This document shows, piece after piece, positions 17,980 to 28,500 of a stretch of 64,000 bases of DNA. The DNA is taken from NCBI GenBank assembly GCA_021324885.1, contig JAJPIF010000025.1, positions 46,713 to 110,712 of the forward strand. Direction: 5' to 3'. Under the pieces are notes generated by a model. It saw nothing but the letters and a program-made list of their open reading frames with translations, did no database searches and had not been told where the DNA came from. Numbering within the stretch: the first letter of the stretch is position 1; every line of letters starts with the position of its first letter. This stretch comes from Pseudomonadota bacterium. Lineage in GTDB: Bacteria; Desulfobacterota; Binatia; Binatales; Binataceae. Both the position numbers and the translations under genes were made by a program.

Positions 17980-19560
17980 CTATGGAAAAAAAGTGGCCAC
18001 GGGGGATTCATTTGAGATCTCGGGCGTAATTGCGGCGTTCGCGTCCGTGGCCTTGGCGTATAAAGAGGCAACCGGGTCGCGGTAGATCAGCTTCCAGCGT
18101 GAATCGGAGTTCACCAATTCAAAAGCGCCGGTACCTGGCTCAACCAGCACGAAATCGTGACGATAATCGTTAAGGACCTTGTTTCCAACTGGCCAGCCGT
18201 ACAAAAAACTGAGATATTGCGACCGCAGTTTTTCTGAATACACGAGTTGATAGCGGCTGTCGATGAAGATTCTGCTTGCCGGCGCAAGGTGCCAAATCAG
18301 ATAGCCGCCCCAGTCGTAATTATTCAAAATGTTGCCGTGAAGACCATGCGATTCCATGAATGCGACCGCACCTTCTGGTACCGGCTCCCAGGTTTTTAGA
18401 CTGCCGGACAATTCACCTCCCACCATTCCGATTATGACCGCGGCGACGAGCGCAAGCGCCGCCCTGGGCTGCGCCGAAATTGTGTTGACAGCATCGGGCC
18501 CGCGATTTCGCGCGGCAATTCCAAGGTGGTGTGTCAGGGGAATGCTTACTGCAATAATCGCCAGCCCGACATTGCGATTGGAGTAAAAGGCTCCTGCAAT
18601 AAAAACCAGCGCAATCGCCGTCAGCCCGGCGTCGTCGAATACCCGAGTCTCCACCAACACCGCAGGCAGACCCACGAACAGCAACAATGGCACGGCATAG
18701 GCGATGGGTTCGGAAATCGACTCCCGCGATGCGTGAAACAGAAAAATCGGGAGGGGCGCCCAATCCGATATTATCGGACGCATAAGCGGATCCGATGCGG
18801 ATTTTAAAAAGGTTGTCCATAGACGGATGCCAAGAGGATTGACGAGCGTGGCCAAGGCGCATCCAAGAGTGACTGCAGCAACTACGGCGGTGCGCGCCAG
18901 CGTGCCTTTGATCAGATATTCGCGCAGTCCGCACGTCAGGACGAAAACGCCCAGCGCGCCGAGTCCCGCAAAACAGCCGGCGTGGAAATTGGCCCACAGT
19001 GCAAAGATCGGGATCAGCGTCCATAATCTTACCGGACCGCGGTATGTCTCTGCCGCCAATTTCGCGATCACTATACTCAACATCACCAAAGTGAAAAGAG
19101 TTGGACGAAACTGGATTTGCGAAATGAGCGCGGTGGCCACAACGAGCAACATCACTCGCTGCGTGCGCGCTGGCGCCCCCGTGCGGCCCAGCGCGACAGC
19201 CAGCGCAATCATCAGGATCGCCGAGCACAGCAGCTTTACCAGCTTGAGACCGAGGACGCCCAGCCATCGGTAAGAGGTCCCAAGCACCACTTCGGACAGC
19301 CATTCGTGATTGTCCCAAGGCAACCCCGACGCCGCATATGAGTACAGGTCGCGGGTCAGAATGTGACCTGTCGCGACCATCCGCTGTCCTGCCAGGACAT
19401 GGACCCAGAGGTCCGGATCGGCATAATTGGACGCACAGGCAAACGCAACCGCCAAAACCACGAAGCCCGGCGCGGACCGCAGGACGCTATAGGCCGGGGC
19501 GACAGGCGTCCGCCCCGCGATTTCCCCTTGCGCCGGGTTGATGACTGATTCTGACGTCAT
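17980..19560 (-). CDS. large polytopic membrane protein, putative GT-C-fold glycosyltransferase; paralog A2
   Basis: ORF to 19602, but ATG at 19560 forms an ATGA overlap with the stop of the upstream gene (19557). Paralog of 16332..17945. Confidence 0.55.
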   Translation of the reverse strand: MTSESVINPAQGEIAGRTPVAPAYSVLRSAPGFVVLAVAFACASNYADPDLWVHVLAGQRMVATGHILTRDLYSYAASGLPWDNHEWLSEVVLGTSYRWLGVLGLKLVKLLCSAILMIALAVALGRTGAPARTQRVMLLVVATALISQIQFRPTLFTLVMLSIVIAKLAAETYRGPVRLWTLIPIFALWANFHAGCFAGLGALGVFVLTCGLREYLIKGTLARTAVVAAVTLGCALATLVNPLGIRLWTTFLKSASDPLMRPIISDWAPLPIFLFHASRESISEPIAYAVPLLLFVGLPAVLVETRVFDDAGLTAIALVFIAGAFYSNRNVGLAIIAVSIPLTHHLGIAARNRGPDAVNTISAQPRAALALVAAVIIGMVGGELSGSLKTWEPVPEGAVAFMESHGLHGNILNNYDWGGYLIWHLAPASRIFIDSRYQLVYSEKLRSQYLSFLYGWPVGNKVLNDYRHDFVLVEPGTGAFELVNSDSRWKLIYRDPVASLYAKATDANAAITPEISNESPVATFFP

Positions 19561-21704
19561 CGCGCGGTGGTCAATGCCGCCTTGGTTGAATCGGCACCGC
19601 AATGGCGGAATGCCGCGGGGCGCAAATCCATGAGCATGAAACGCATAATATCGTCCGGCTCCACATGGTCATCGTATGGTGTCGGATATGGATACAGGAT
19701 GCTGACGGCGTCCGATCCGTATTTCGCGGCGAGCGCCCGGGCGGCTATACCAGAGGCAGGCACACCGACGGCAATCGTGCCCGCGGGTCCAGGTCCGACC
19801 CACAAACCATTGTAGGCGTTGTGCGGCAGGCCCGCGACCAGAAAGTCCAGATCGTCGCTCCAACCCGAGTAATTCAGAAGACCAAGCTTGTAAGCCTTGC
19901 GTGGATCGAGTGTCGCCAAATCCCCGCCTTTGGCGATAAACCGTTGCCCCGCACACAGCATATACCTGAACCACGCATCAGCGGTGTCCAGCTGAAATCG
20001 TTCAAGATCCTGCGCAGACGATCGAGGTGAATAGTCCTGACCCAGGCGATAAAGCGAAACGCCACCCACCTTTATCGGCCTGATTCCAAGCGAGGCGGCG
20101 AGCTCGCGCGCGGATCCTTTCGCGTTGTCCACCACGATAATGTCGTCAATTCCGTAGGCCGAGTTGAATGCCCGAAGCTGCTTACCGGGGTCGGGCAATG
20201 GCAAAGAGTTCACCAGCGCATTCACGATAGGCCATCGGCGAAACTCGGCGGGCGTCGTGCTGAGATGGCCGCCGGGCATTCGAAAATACATCGAGGACTC
20301 AGCCTGCCATGCCATGCTCGGTCCGCGCCGGCCGAACGGTATAATCAGAACATTGTCATTGGGTCGGAGATAATTACGGTAAAGGCCGTCTTCAAAGAAG
20401 GCGGGCGTAGCGTAGGTCGATCTTGGTAAAAATATTGCCGGAACGGGCAAAAGCGCCACCATCGTTGCCCCAACAAAGACTTTTTTGAAGGGGAAGTTCG
20501 GTTCGGACAGCCAGCTGGCGAAGATAACCGCCAGAATCAAAAAATCATAATTAGCAAGCCTCACCGGAAGCGCATGACGAATCAAAGGTAGTCTTTCGAC
20601 GAAAGCCCAGGGGAGCATAACAAGCGCACGCCGCTCGACCTGCAATACCGGGCCCAAAGCGGCCACACTAACGATGATCAGAAGAATACAAAGCATTCGC
20701 GCAGACGGGTCGTGACGGTGACTCCATAACCAGATCCCAGCCACCAGTACCAACGGTATACTCAGATAGGAACCGTTTTCCCAGATGTTCCCGGTAAATC
20801 GGGAGGCTATCGCAGTCGCAGTCAACGGCTGAACCAGCAAAAAATGACCCGGAATGACGAAGCTCAGCAGATCCGCGGAAAATAGTCTGGCAGGAAAAAC
20901 CGGATCTTTCGGCGGCGAGCCTTTAACAAACGCGTAATACCAGAAAGGCGCCAGAAGCAGTCCCGCCAGTATATAAGCAAGCCCTGTCGCCCAGACAGCC
21001 CCAATCAGACGCGGCCTCGTCTCGCGAATCATGATTATACCCAGCACTAACGCCGCGGCACCGAACAAAGTCATCGTTGCGAATACTTCTGTGGAAATCA
21101 GGCATTGTAGCGTAAGCGCGGAAGCAAGACCAAGGGCAAACCTGCGCGGGGGCATCCTGTTTTCAACGAGTAATATCACCAGCAACACGCACAAAGGCGC
21201 AACGAAATTAAAGGTCAGAACCGGATGGCCGCCAATCACGTGAGCGACCTCATAAGGAGAAAAGCCGTAAATGAAGCCGCCCGCCAGCGCGCTGACGAAA
21301 TTACGAATCATATGCCGGCAGAGCAGAAATGCGGTCCATGCGGATAATGCCGGCGCAATCAGGGAGGCGACATTGTAGGCGACAACCGGACCAAGTGCGC
21401 AAGTGATCGGCGCCATTGCGATTGCAACGGCAGGCATCGAAGTCGCCCATGTCAAGTTGTAGCCGGTCCGCGGCCAAACCGCATGCGTGATAAACGGATT
21501 CAGGTGATTGGCAATGGCATGGGGCCACCACTCCAAATACCACATCATCATCGCCGGGTCGCTGAAGTAGCCTATGTGCAAGCGGGCGGGATCGAAGATC
21601 ACCGGAATCCCGAAAAAACAAATCGAAACGCAAATGTAGATTAGTAGAGCCGTCAATCCCCCTTTGTTTAAGCTCGTCGGCTTGAAATCTTTCGCGAAAA
21701 GCAT
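19557..21704 (-). CDS. large polytopic membrane protein with C-terminal extracytoplasmic domain, putative GT-C-like; paralog B1
   Basis: 715 aa; N-terminal multi-TM region (GYFSDPAMMMWYLEWWPHAIANHLNPFITHAVWP) and a C-terminal domain of about 250 aa. Paralog of 21811..23922. Confidence 0.55.
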   Translation of the reverse strand: MLFAKDFKPTSLNKGGLTALLIYICVSICFFGIPVIFDPARLHIGYFSDPAMMMWYLEWWPHAIANHLNPFITHAVWPRTGYNLTWATSMPAVAIAMAPITCALGPVVAYNVASLIAPALSAWTAFLLCRHMIRNFVSALAGGFIYGFSPYEVAHVIGGHPVLTFNFVAPLCVLLVILLVENRMPPRRFALGLASALTLQCLISTEVFATMTLFGAAALVLGIIMIRETRPRLIGAVWATGLAYILAGLLLAPFWYYAFVKGSPPKDPVFPARLFSADLLSFVIPGHFLLVQPLTATAIASRFTGNIWENGSYLSIPLVLVAGIWLWSHRHDPSARMLCILLIIVSVAALGPVLQVERRALVMLPWAFVERLPLIRHALPVRLANYDFLILAVIFASWLSEPNFPFKKVFVGATMVALLPVPAIFLPRSTYATPAFFEDGLYRNYLRPNDNVLIIPFGRRGPSMAWQAESSMYFRMPGGHLSTTPAEFRRWPIVNALVNSLPLPDPGKQLRAFNSAYGIDDIIVVDNAKGSARELAASLGIRPIKVGGVSLYRLGQDYSPRSSAQDLERFQLDTADAWFRYMLCAGQRFIAKGGDLATLDPRKAYKLGLLNYSGWSDDLDFLVAGLPHNAYNGLWVGPGPAGTIAVGVPASGIAARALAAKYGSDAVSILYPYPTPYDDHVEPDDIMRFMLMDLRPAAFRHCGADSTKAALTTAR

Positions 21705-21810
21705 TGAGATTATTATGGGAACGCAATTTCAACGCGAGCATCGGACGAGCATCGGCAAAAGACGACGCCTCGCCCTATTCGGATTTCAAGCCTTCGTGTG
21801 GTTGCGCAGA

Positions 21811-23922
21811 TCATTTGAGTACCGCCCATGACGAGGTTGCGGAATCCAAATCGCAGCGCCGCAATGCCTCCGGGCGCAGGTTCATAAGCAGAAAATGGAC
21901 GTTATCGTCGGGGGCCGCGGTATTCCTGTATTCCCGTGGATAGGGATACAAAACCCGGGTCGCATCATTTTTAAACTGCGCAGCGAGTACATGGGCGGCA
22001 AAACCTGACGCCGGAACGCCGACCGCCACGGTGCCGCCGGCGCCGGGCCCTATCCACAGACCGTTATCGCCCCATTGAAACAATCTGATAAGAGTCTCCA
22101 GATTATCATTCCACCAGGAATCCGGAAGCAGCCCCAGTTCGTGGGCTTTGACCGGGTCGAGTTCCGAGAGCGGGTTTCCCATGGCGAGGTAGCGTTGTGC
22201 GGCGCAGAGCATGTTCAGAAACCACGTCTGCGCCGCGCTTTGCTGAAGGCGTTCGATCGGCTGTACCCGCTCGCGGCCGCCGCCCGTCAGTGGATAGAGA
22301 TACACACCACCAATGCGTTGCGCTTTTATCCCCAGCAAAGAGGGGAGTTCGGCGGCGTTGCCTTCGGCTTTTTGGGTTACGACGATGGCGCTCAGGTTTT
22401 GATCGGCCGCAAAAGCACGCAGTTGCCCGAGAGGATCGGATACTGGAATCGAGGTGAGCAATGTATTAACGACCGGCCAGCGGCGGTAATATTCCGGAAT
22501 CGTCCCGAAGTATCCGCCGGGCATACGAAAGTACATCCATGATTGTGCCTGCCACGCCAGGCTTGGACCGTTGAACGCAAAAGGTATTACAAGAAGATTA
22601 TCGTTGCGGTGAAAATATTTGCGGTAAAGCCCGTCAGCGAAGAATGAAGGCGGATCATAGAGGCATGGATGCAGGAAAAGCAACGGATTCGGAAGGAAGG
22701 CGAGGAGCGTCGCGCACACCATCACTTGCTTGTAGCGCCCGGGTTCCGACAACCACATGCTGAACACGATAGCCAAAACCAGGAATGCGTAGTTGGTAAA
22801 GCGGACCGGCAAAGCGTGTTCGATTAACGGGACTTTCTCCATAACGGCCCAGGGAAAGCGCAGAATCCAGCGCTCGCCAATATGCACCGCCGGACCCAGT
22901 GCGGCGATGAGCACCACAACCAGCAACGCACCGAGCAGCCGCGCTTGCGGCTCGCGCCGGTGACGCCAGAACCAGAAAATGGCAATCGCCAGGAGCGGAA
23001 TACTTAAATATGAACCGGTTTCGGAAAGATTCCCCACGGAGCGCAACCGCACAGCGTCGGCGCCGAACCGGTTAAACAGCATCAATGGGGTGGGAGCGAC
23101 GAAGCTCGTCAAATCGGCGGAAAATTGCCGTATTGCGAGGAGCGGTTCTTTGGGCGCCGATCCTTTGATAAAGACGTAGTACAGGAAAGGACTGAGGATG
23201 ATTATCGCTGATACATAGGCTGTTGCCGCAAGCGGGACGGCGCGGGTGAGGCCGTCACGCCAGCGGCGCGCGATCAGCCATGCCAGTGCAAACGCCACCG
23301 CGCCGAACAGCGTCATGGTCGCGAGCACCTCGGTCGAAATCAATGTCTCGCACACCAGGGCAGCGCAAAACGCGAGGGTGAATTTTGCGGGACCGATACC
23401 ACCCTGGAGCAGCAGGACCACCAGCAAGAGGCACAAAGGCGGGATGAAGTTGAATGTGAGATGGAGATGTCCGCCGAAAACCTCTCCGACCTCGTAGGGC
23501 GAAAAGCCATAGATGAGGCCTCCAGCGAACGAACTTGCGGCATTAGCGGTAAGCCGCCGGCACAAAAGAAAAGCGGCCCATGCGGACAAGGCCGGCGCGG
23601 TCAGCGATGCGGCATTGTAGGCGACGACCGGCCCGAAGATCGCTGTTATCGGAGCGAACGCGGCCGCCACCGCCGGAATCGATGTCGCCCAGGTCAGATT
23701 GTAGCCGGTCGAGGGCCAGACGGCGTAGGTAATGAACGGGTTTATCCGGTGCCACACGGCATACGGCCACCATACCAGGTACCACATCATCATGGAGGGG
23801 TCGCCAAAGTGTCCCCCAATGTAAAAGCGGCTCGGTCCGGCTCCAATCAGGTACGCCCCAAAGAGGAGGATCGAAATCAGAAGATAAAGCACGAACACCG
23901 ACAGGGGCCGGATTCCTAGCAT
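21811..23922 (-). CDS. large polytopic membrane protein, putative GT-C-like; paralog B2
   Basis: 703 aa; shares block-wise identity with B1 (GHFGDPSMMMWYLVWWPYAVWHRINPFITYAVWP etc). Confidence 0.55.
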   Translation of the reverse strand: MLGIRPLSVFVLYLLISILLFGAYLIGAGPSRFYIGGHFGDPSMMMWYLVWWPYAVWHRINPFITYAVWPSTGYNLTWATSIPAVAAAFAPITAIFGPVVAYNAASLTAPALSAWAAFLLCRRLTANAASSFAGGLIYGFSPYEVGEVFGGHLHLTFNFIPPLCLLLVVLLLQGGIGPAKFTLAFCAALVCETLISTEVLATMTLFGAVAFALAWLIARRWRDGLTRAVPLAATAYVSAIIILSPFLYYVFIKGSAPKEPLLAIRQFSADLTSFVAPTPLMLFNRFGADAVRLRSVGNLSETGSYLSIPLLAIAIFWFWRHRREPQARLLGALLVVVLIAALGPAVHIGERWILRFPWAVMEKVPLIEHALPVRFTNYAFLVLAIVFSMWLSEPGRYKQVMVCATLLAFLPNPLLFLHPCLYDPPSFFADGLYRKYFHRNDNLLVIPFAFNGPSLAWQAQSWMYFRMPGGYFGTIPEYYRRWPVVNTLLTSIPVSDPLGQLRAFAADQNLSAIVVTQKAEGNAAELPSLLGIKAQRIGGVYLYPLTGGGRERVQPIERLQQSAAQTWFLNMLCAAQRYLAMGNPLSELDPVKAHELGLLPDSWWNDNLETLIRLFQWGDNGLWIGPGAGGTVAVGVPASGFAAHVLAAQFKNDATRVLYPYPREYRNTAAPDDNVHFLLMNLRPEALRRCDLDSATSSWAVLK

Positions 23923-23935
23923 TTAGGGGTTCCGC

Positions 23936-25270
23936 TCAACCCGCGGTGGCGTGGCGAGAAGTCGGGATGCGAAATAATGGGATGTCTGTCCGCGAGGTCT
24001 TATCATCGATGTTCGTCGCATTGAGAGTAAACGACAAAGTAGCCATATATAAAACGATTGTCGCCACACCATACAACTCAAGGGCCATCTCGTAAAGCCG
24101 ATAGGCTTGACGGTAACCGAGGTACGAGATGATCGCGTGGGGCGGCGGCATGAACATCAGGGTTACGACCGTCAGGGAATAACTCGCCAAGGCCAACCAT
24201 TGTGCAGGGGAATCGATCCGGGAGCGGATGGAGGCGTAGATGATTTGTGAGAAGGGAATCAGGAAAAGCACCATGTAGTGAGGCCATGCTGTGGGTGAGA
24301 GCAACACGGACGCGACGATCCAAAGCGAAAATCCCCGCCAATCCGGGTCATCGCCTGGTTTCAGCTTGAAGGTTGCCCAGATTGTTATCCCTAGAAAGGC
24401 GGCATCCACGCCTGCGATGGTCAACCGCCGGATCAAATCGACGGTCGGCGTAAGTTGCTGCCCCATGGTGAACCAGAACACGCGGGATATAATCGCTTCA
24501 ATGGCGATGTCTATGTGACGGGCCTGTGAAAGATGTCCGAAGGTAAGCGCAACGCCATCCGTGAAAGACAGAGAATTCCTAATTCCAAAGATAGCGAGCG
24601 TAACCAAGCCGCCCGATCCGAGTCCAACACAAGTCCAGGCGAGCACGCGCCACCGGCGCTGAAGCGCCAGGTAAACGATCAGGAGCAAGGGAAAAATTCT
24701 GAGCAGACCGGCTAAAGCGAGAAAAATACCGGCCGCTCGATTCCAGCCCCTCTCCATCGCGCGCATCATCAAGACTAACAGCATCAGAATCGGGATTTTG
24801 CTTTGCGCAAACAGGTAATGCCATCCCAACGGCGGATAGAGCACTACCAAAGCGGTTATGGCCAATCGGCCCCTCGTAGTCAGACCTGAGGACCCTCCAA
24901 GGAGCAGGATGAAGGCGGCGCCGAGAAGGAACGTGTTGAGGCCAAGCCAGACATCGTACGCGGCGCGCTCCGGGATTCGGGCTAGCGGCGAAATCAACAG
25001 CAGAAAAGTGGGAGGATCGGTCGCATGACCGATCGGGCCGGCGTCCAGGCCGAGCTGCCCCCCGAGAGCATTGAAATCCGCCGTGTATGGATTAAGTCCG
25101 TCCCGCAACGCGGTTGCGGACAGATAATATATACTGAAGTCCCAGCGTGTGACTCGCCCCGGCAGTTGGACAATGATGCTCAAACCCTGGAGGATCGCGG
25201 CCACCCAGATCAGAGTAAGGGCGGCGGGCCCTGTTGAAGCTTGTGCAATTCTGGCGGGCGTGATACTCAA
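23936..25270 (-). CDS. glycosyltransferase family 87 (DUF2029, PimE/mannosyltransferase-like) membrane protein
   Basis: 444 aa polytopic. N-terminal DFSIYYLSATALRDGLNPY motif characteristic of DUF2029/GT87. 13-bp gap to the next gene and 48-bp gap from tadG. Confidence 0.55.
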   Translation of the reverse strand: MSITPARIAQASTGPAALTLIWVAAILQGLSIIVQLPGRVTRWDFSIYYLSATALRDGLNPYTADFNALGGQLGLDAGPIGHATDPPTFLLLISPLARIPERAAYDVWLGLNTFLLGAAFILLLGGSSGLTTRGRLAITALVVLYPPLGWHYLFAQSKIPILMLLVLMMRAMERGWNRAAGIFLALAGLLRIFPLLLIVYLALQRRWRVLAWTCVGLGSGGLVTLAIFGIRNSLSFTDGVALTFGHLSQARHIDIAIEAIISRVFWFTMGQQLTPTVDLIRRLTIAGVDAAFLGITIWATFKLKPGDDPDWRGFSLWIVASVLLSPTAWPHYMVLFLIPFSQIIYASIRSRIDSPAQWLALASYSLTVVTLMFMPPPHAIISYLGYRQAYRLYEMALELYGVATIVLYMATLSFTLNATNIDDKTSRTDIPLFRIPTSRHATAG

Positions 25271-25318
25271 GAGGCCGCTATTATAGCTCGTCAGACATAT
25301 GCTTTCAGCCTGCCGTCG

Positions 25319-26416
25319 CTACTGAATCAACTGAATTGCGATAGCGCCGCATGGTGTGGTTCCGCTGGGACCGCCCTCGCAGCCCGCGGGAGCACTGCCG
25401 CTGATGCCACCACCGGGGACGTCATCCGCAACCCAGCACGCGCTGATATCCTGCGAAGATCCGGCTCCGGTAACGTTTTGAATTAGAATTTCCGCAAAAC
25501 CAAGGACCGGAACACCGTTGGCCGGGCATCTGCCGGCGGGACAGAGGTTCCAATCGACCAAAGGAACGGTCACCACGCATGGGTTGGTGGTAGGCGAGTA
25601 CTGGTAGGCGTCCGCGCAGCTTACCGCTGGACAGGTACGGTAATCGGAGACCGTCTTAAACGAGGAGGTTCCGGCACCCGGCTGAGGCAGAGTGCAATTC
25701 TGAGTATTGGTTCCGTTACAAACGGTTCCCGCTGGAACCTCTGTAACCGTTCCGGTGTATCCATACTGGATCTGAGTGTTGACCGCTTCATGGCCCGTGG
25801 CATCGAACGAGAGCCAGCCCCAGTTGCCGGCAACGCAGCCGCCTGTTGGACATCCACTGGTGCCAAGGGCAACCAGATTGGAAATTGAGTTATTGGCTGA
25901 GAATTCTGCAACGGTTTGGTACTGCAAGCCGATAGGCAGCAGACTGGAGGAACCCGTTATCGTGTTTATCGGGCCGCCGATGGCCGACGCTGTCACGTCG
26001 ACGGTCCCACTGGATACGCCGACCAGGCGGGCGAAATGGTAGGGCACGCTCCTGGTTGCGGAAACAGTGATTTCACAATTGGTGGTTGGACAGTAGGTGG
26101 AATTTGTGGTCGGTGGCGCAGGTGGATAGGGGGTCAATTCGGTCGACGCAAGTCCGTTGTTGGTCGCGTAGTCGCCGGCTACGATGCTCGGCCCCGCGGT
26201 GCAGCTACTCGAGGTTGGGAACGCGATGCAGGTTGCGCCTGCGAGTGCGGAGGCGTCGACCGCGGTCTGTAACCGGTACTTGGTGAAATAAAGTGCGCCG
26301 ACATCCATGGCAAGGCCCAACGCCCCGATGAAGGCGGGGAGCGCTACCGCCATCAAAGCCATCGACTGTCCCCGTTCGGAGGTCAATCTGGCACCGCGGA
26401 AATTTCTGCGCTTCAT
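25319..26416 (-). CDS. tadG: TadG/TadE-like Flp pilus assembly protein (pseudopilin-like, Tad_N motif)
   Basis: Start at internal Met (MKRRNFRGARLTSERGQSMALMAVALPAFIGALGLAMDVGALY), the TadE/TadG N-terminal signature. Long Thr/Ser/Gly/Cys-rich extracellular part. Confidence 0.65.
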   Translation of the reverse strand: MKRRNFRGARLTSERGQSMALMAVALPAFIGALGLAMDVGALYFTKYRLQTAVDASALAGATCIAFPTSSSCTAGPSIVAGDYATNNGLASTELTPYPPAPPTTNSTYCPTTNCEITVSATRSVPYHFARLVGVSSGTVDVTASAIGGPINTITGSSSLLPIGLQYQTVAEFSANNSISNLVALGTSGCPTGGCVAGNWGWLSFDATGHEAVNTQIQYGYTGTVTEVPAGTVCNGTNTQNCTLPQPGAGTSSFKTVSDYRTCPAVSCADAYQYSPTTNPCVVTVPLVDWNLCPAGRCPANGVPVLGFAEILIQNVTGAGSSQDISACWVADDVPGGGISGSAPAGCEGGPSGTTPCGAIAIQLIQ

Positions 26417-26576
26417 GGTTCGGCTCCTTGGGTTTGAAGTGTGACTGGCAGCCATTGCCCCAGACAGCAGGAATGGAGCTGTAGACTTCTCTCTGTATAT
26501 AAAATCTCCGAAAAGAAGACAACGGTTACAAGTTTGGGTTGGCCGCTGGTCACGCCGCTACTCCGTCAGAGGGACT

Positions 26577-27515
26577 TCACATGTGAGCAAAAAACCGAAA
26601 AATGGTGAGCATGGCGGGGCCGACCAGCACCAGCAGCATCGCGGGCATCAGGAACAGGATCATCGGAATGATCATTTTGATCGGCAGCTTCTGAGCCATC
26701 TCCTCCGCCCGCAGGCTGCGCTTTGCACGCAACTGTTCGGCGGTGGCCCGCAGCGCCTCACTCATCTCGCTGCCCAGCTTTTCGCTTTGAATGAGGATGG
26801 CGGAAAGGGTACTGATGTCGTCCACGCCGGTCCGCTCCGCCATACCCCGCAATGCCTGTCCCAGAGTGGCCGCCGCGGTCATCTCGGCACAGAGCTGGAG
26901 CAGCAATTGACCCATAATACGCCGTTGGCGCTCCGATTCGCGGCCGACCACGCGGATTGCGGCCATCAGACCCAGGCCGCATTCGACGCATACCACGAGG
27001 AGGTCGATTACGTCGGGAATTTCGCGCCTGAGCGTAAGCTGGCGGTGTTTTGCCATTGACCGAACGTAGAAAATAGGTAGGGCATAGCCGGCCGCGCCGA
27101 ACACCAGCGTATAGAAAATGATAGAGCCGCCGGTGGCAACGGCCGCCAGGTACGCCACCAGGATACACAACCCAGTCGTGGCCAGGCGGACGAATTGGAA
27201 AACTTTTGGAGCCGCGGGGCTATAGAAGCCGGCGTATTGCAGAGTTTGCACCAGCTTCTCAACCGACGGTTTCTCCAGGTCGGGTTCGGGCATACGCCGC
27301 TGGGCGAAATCCATCAGCGTGGCGGCAATTCCGTGGGAGATTGGCTCCTCTGCCGGGGCGGTATTATCGCCAATTCTGAATTTCACCGCGAGATCGTCCA
27401 GACGCCGTTGGAGCTGTCTCTGGCCCCTGTCGACCGCGAAGTACAAGGTGGCACATACCCCGAACGCGAGCAGGAAGAACATCAGCAATGGCAATGTTTC
27501 GGTGCCGGCATTCAT
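26577..27515 (-). CDS. tadC: Flp pilus assembly protein TadC (type II secretion system F family)
   Basis: 312 aa; GspF-like inner-membrane platform pattern. Adjacent to tadB. Confidence 0.75.
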   Translation of the reverse strand: MNAGTETLPLLMFFLLAFGVCATLYFAVDRGQRQLQRRLDDLAVKFRIGDNTAPAEEPISHGIAATLMDFAQRRMPEPDLEKPSVEKLVQTLQYAGFYSPAAPKVFQFVRLATTGLCILVAYLAAVATGGSIIFYTLVFGAAGYALPIFYVRSMAKHRQLTLRREIPDVIDLLVVCVECGLGLMAAIRVVGRESERQRRIMGQLLLQLCAEMTAAATLGQALRGMAERTGVDDISTLSAILIQSEKLGSEMSEALRATAEQLRAKRSLRAEEMAQKLPIKMIIPMILFLMPAMLLVLVGPAMLTIFRFFAHM

Positions 27516-27516
27516 T

Positions 27517-28476
27517 TTAGTAATCCACCCGGGTGAAGCGCGAAATGGTGATCAACGCCAGGACTTCCAAAATCGCGGCGACCTCGACCAGTTTGATGCC
27601 GGTGGGGTCATGGAACAGCATCTGATTATGCTCAGGGGCCACAAAGTTCAACGCAACCAGCAGTATCAGCGGCATGAGTCCGCCGATGAGTGCACTCATT
27701 CGAGGCTGCGCCGTCAAGGCCCGCACTTTCATTTCCAGCCGCTGCCGGTCGCGAATAGTCTTGGACAACTGGCCGCTGATGCCGGCCAGGCTGCTGCCTA
27801 CTTCGGACTGGATTTTGACGGCGACCACCAGGAAGCGGAGATTCTCATCCGGCATGCGTTGGAGCATATACTCCAAGGCGCGAGCCAGCGGCACACCCAG
27901 CCGGTTTTGCTCCAGCACGATCCGCAATTCACTGGAGGCTGGTTCGCCAAACTCCTCGATTGTGACCTGCAAAGCGCGCTGCAAAGTGTGCCCCGCCTGA
28001 AGCGAGGATTTCATCAGGTCGAGGATTTCGGGCAATTGCTTGTCGAACGCCTTAAGCCGCTGGCGCTTGCGCCAGGCGACGTAGAGCAGAGGGGAGCCGC
28101 CGATAACGACACCCGCGACGACGCTTTGGAAGGTCTGCCACCCGCTCCAGACCGCCACGGCAAACCCCGCAGCGGTACCAAGCACCAGCATAAGCAGTAT
28201 CATGTCGCTGGCGCGGACATAGAGCCCGGCTTGCCAAAGATTCTCCTCCAGGCGCTGAGCCAAGTGCAGTTTCGATACCAAGTCGCCAAACATGTTCGAT
28301 TCGGAGGGACGGACATCGCGGGTGATGTCGATATCCGCCAGGTCCACCTCGGGCGACGGACGCGCCATGCGGCTCAGAATCATCTGCTGCTGGCTGGCGT
28401 AGTCCTGGCGGCGCATCGCCACAATGGTCAGCACCAGCACGGTCAGGAAGACAATCAACGGTACAAGAAGCTCCAT
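27517..28476 (-). CDS. tadB: Flp pilus assembly protein TadB (type II secretion system F family)
   Basis: 319 aa; GspF-like domain. 1-bp gap to tadC. Confidence 0.75.
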   Translation of the reverse strand: MELLVPLIVFLTVLVLTIVAMRRQDYASQQQMILSRMARPSPEVDLADIDITRDVRPSESNMFGDLVSKLHLAQRLEENLWQAGLYVRASDMILLMLVLGTAAGFAVAVWSGWQTFQSVVAGVVIGGSPLLYVAWRKRQRLKAFDKQLPEILDLMKSSLQAGHTLQRALQVTIEEFGEPASSELRIVLEQNRLGVPLARALEYMLQRMPDENLRFLVVAVKIQSEVGSSLAGISGQLSKTIRDRQRLEMKVRALTAQPRMSALIGGLMPLILLVALNFVAPEHNQMLFHDPTGIKLVEVAAILEVLALITISRFTRVDY

Positions 28477-28500
28477 CTCGACCTCCCGCCCGGCGCGGCC

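Noticed and set aside
18413-19318. 301-aa minus ORF nested inside membrane protein A2
   Set aside because: Alternative frame of the same strand within a paralog-supported CDS. Arg/Cys/Gly-rich junk translation.
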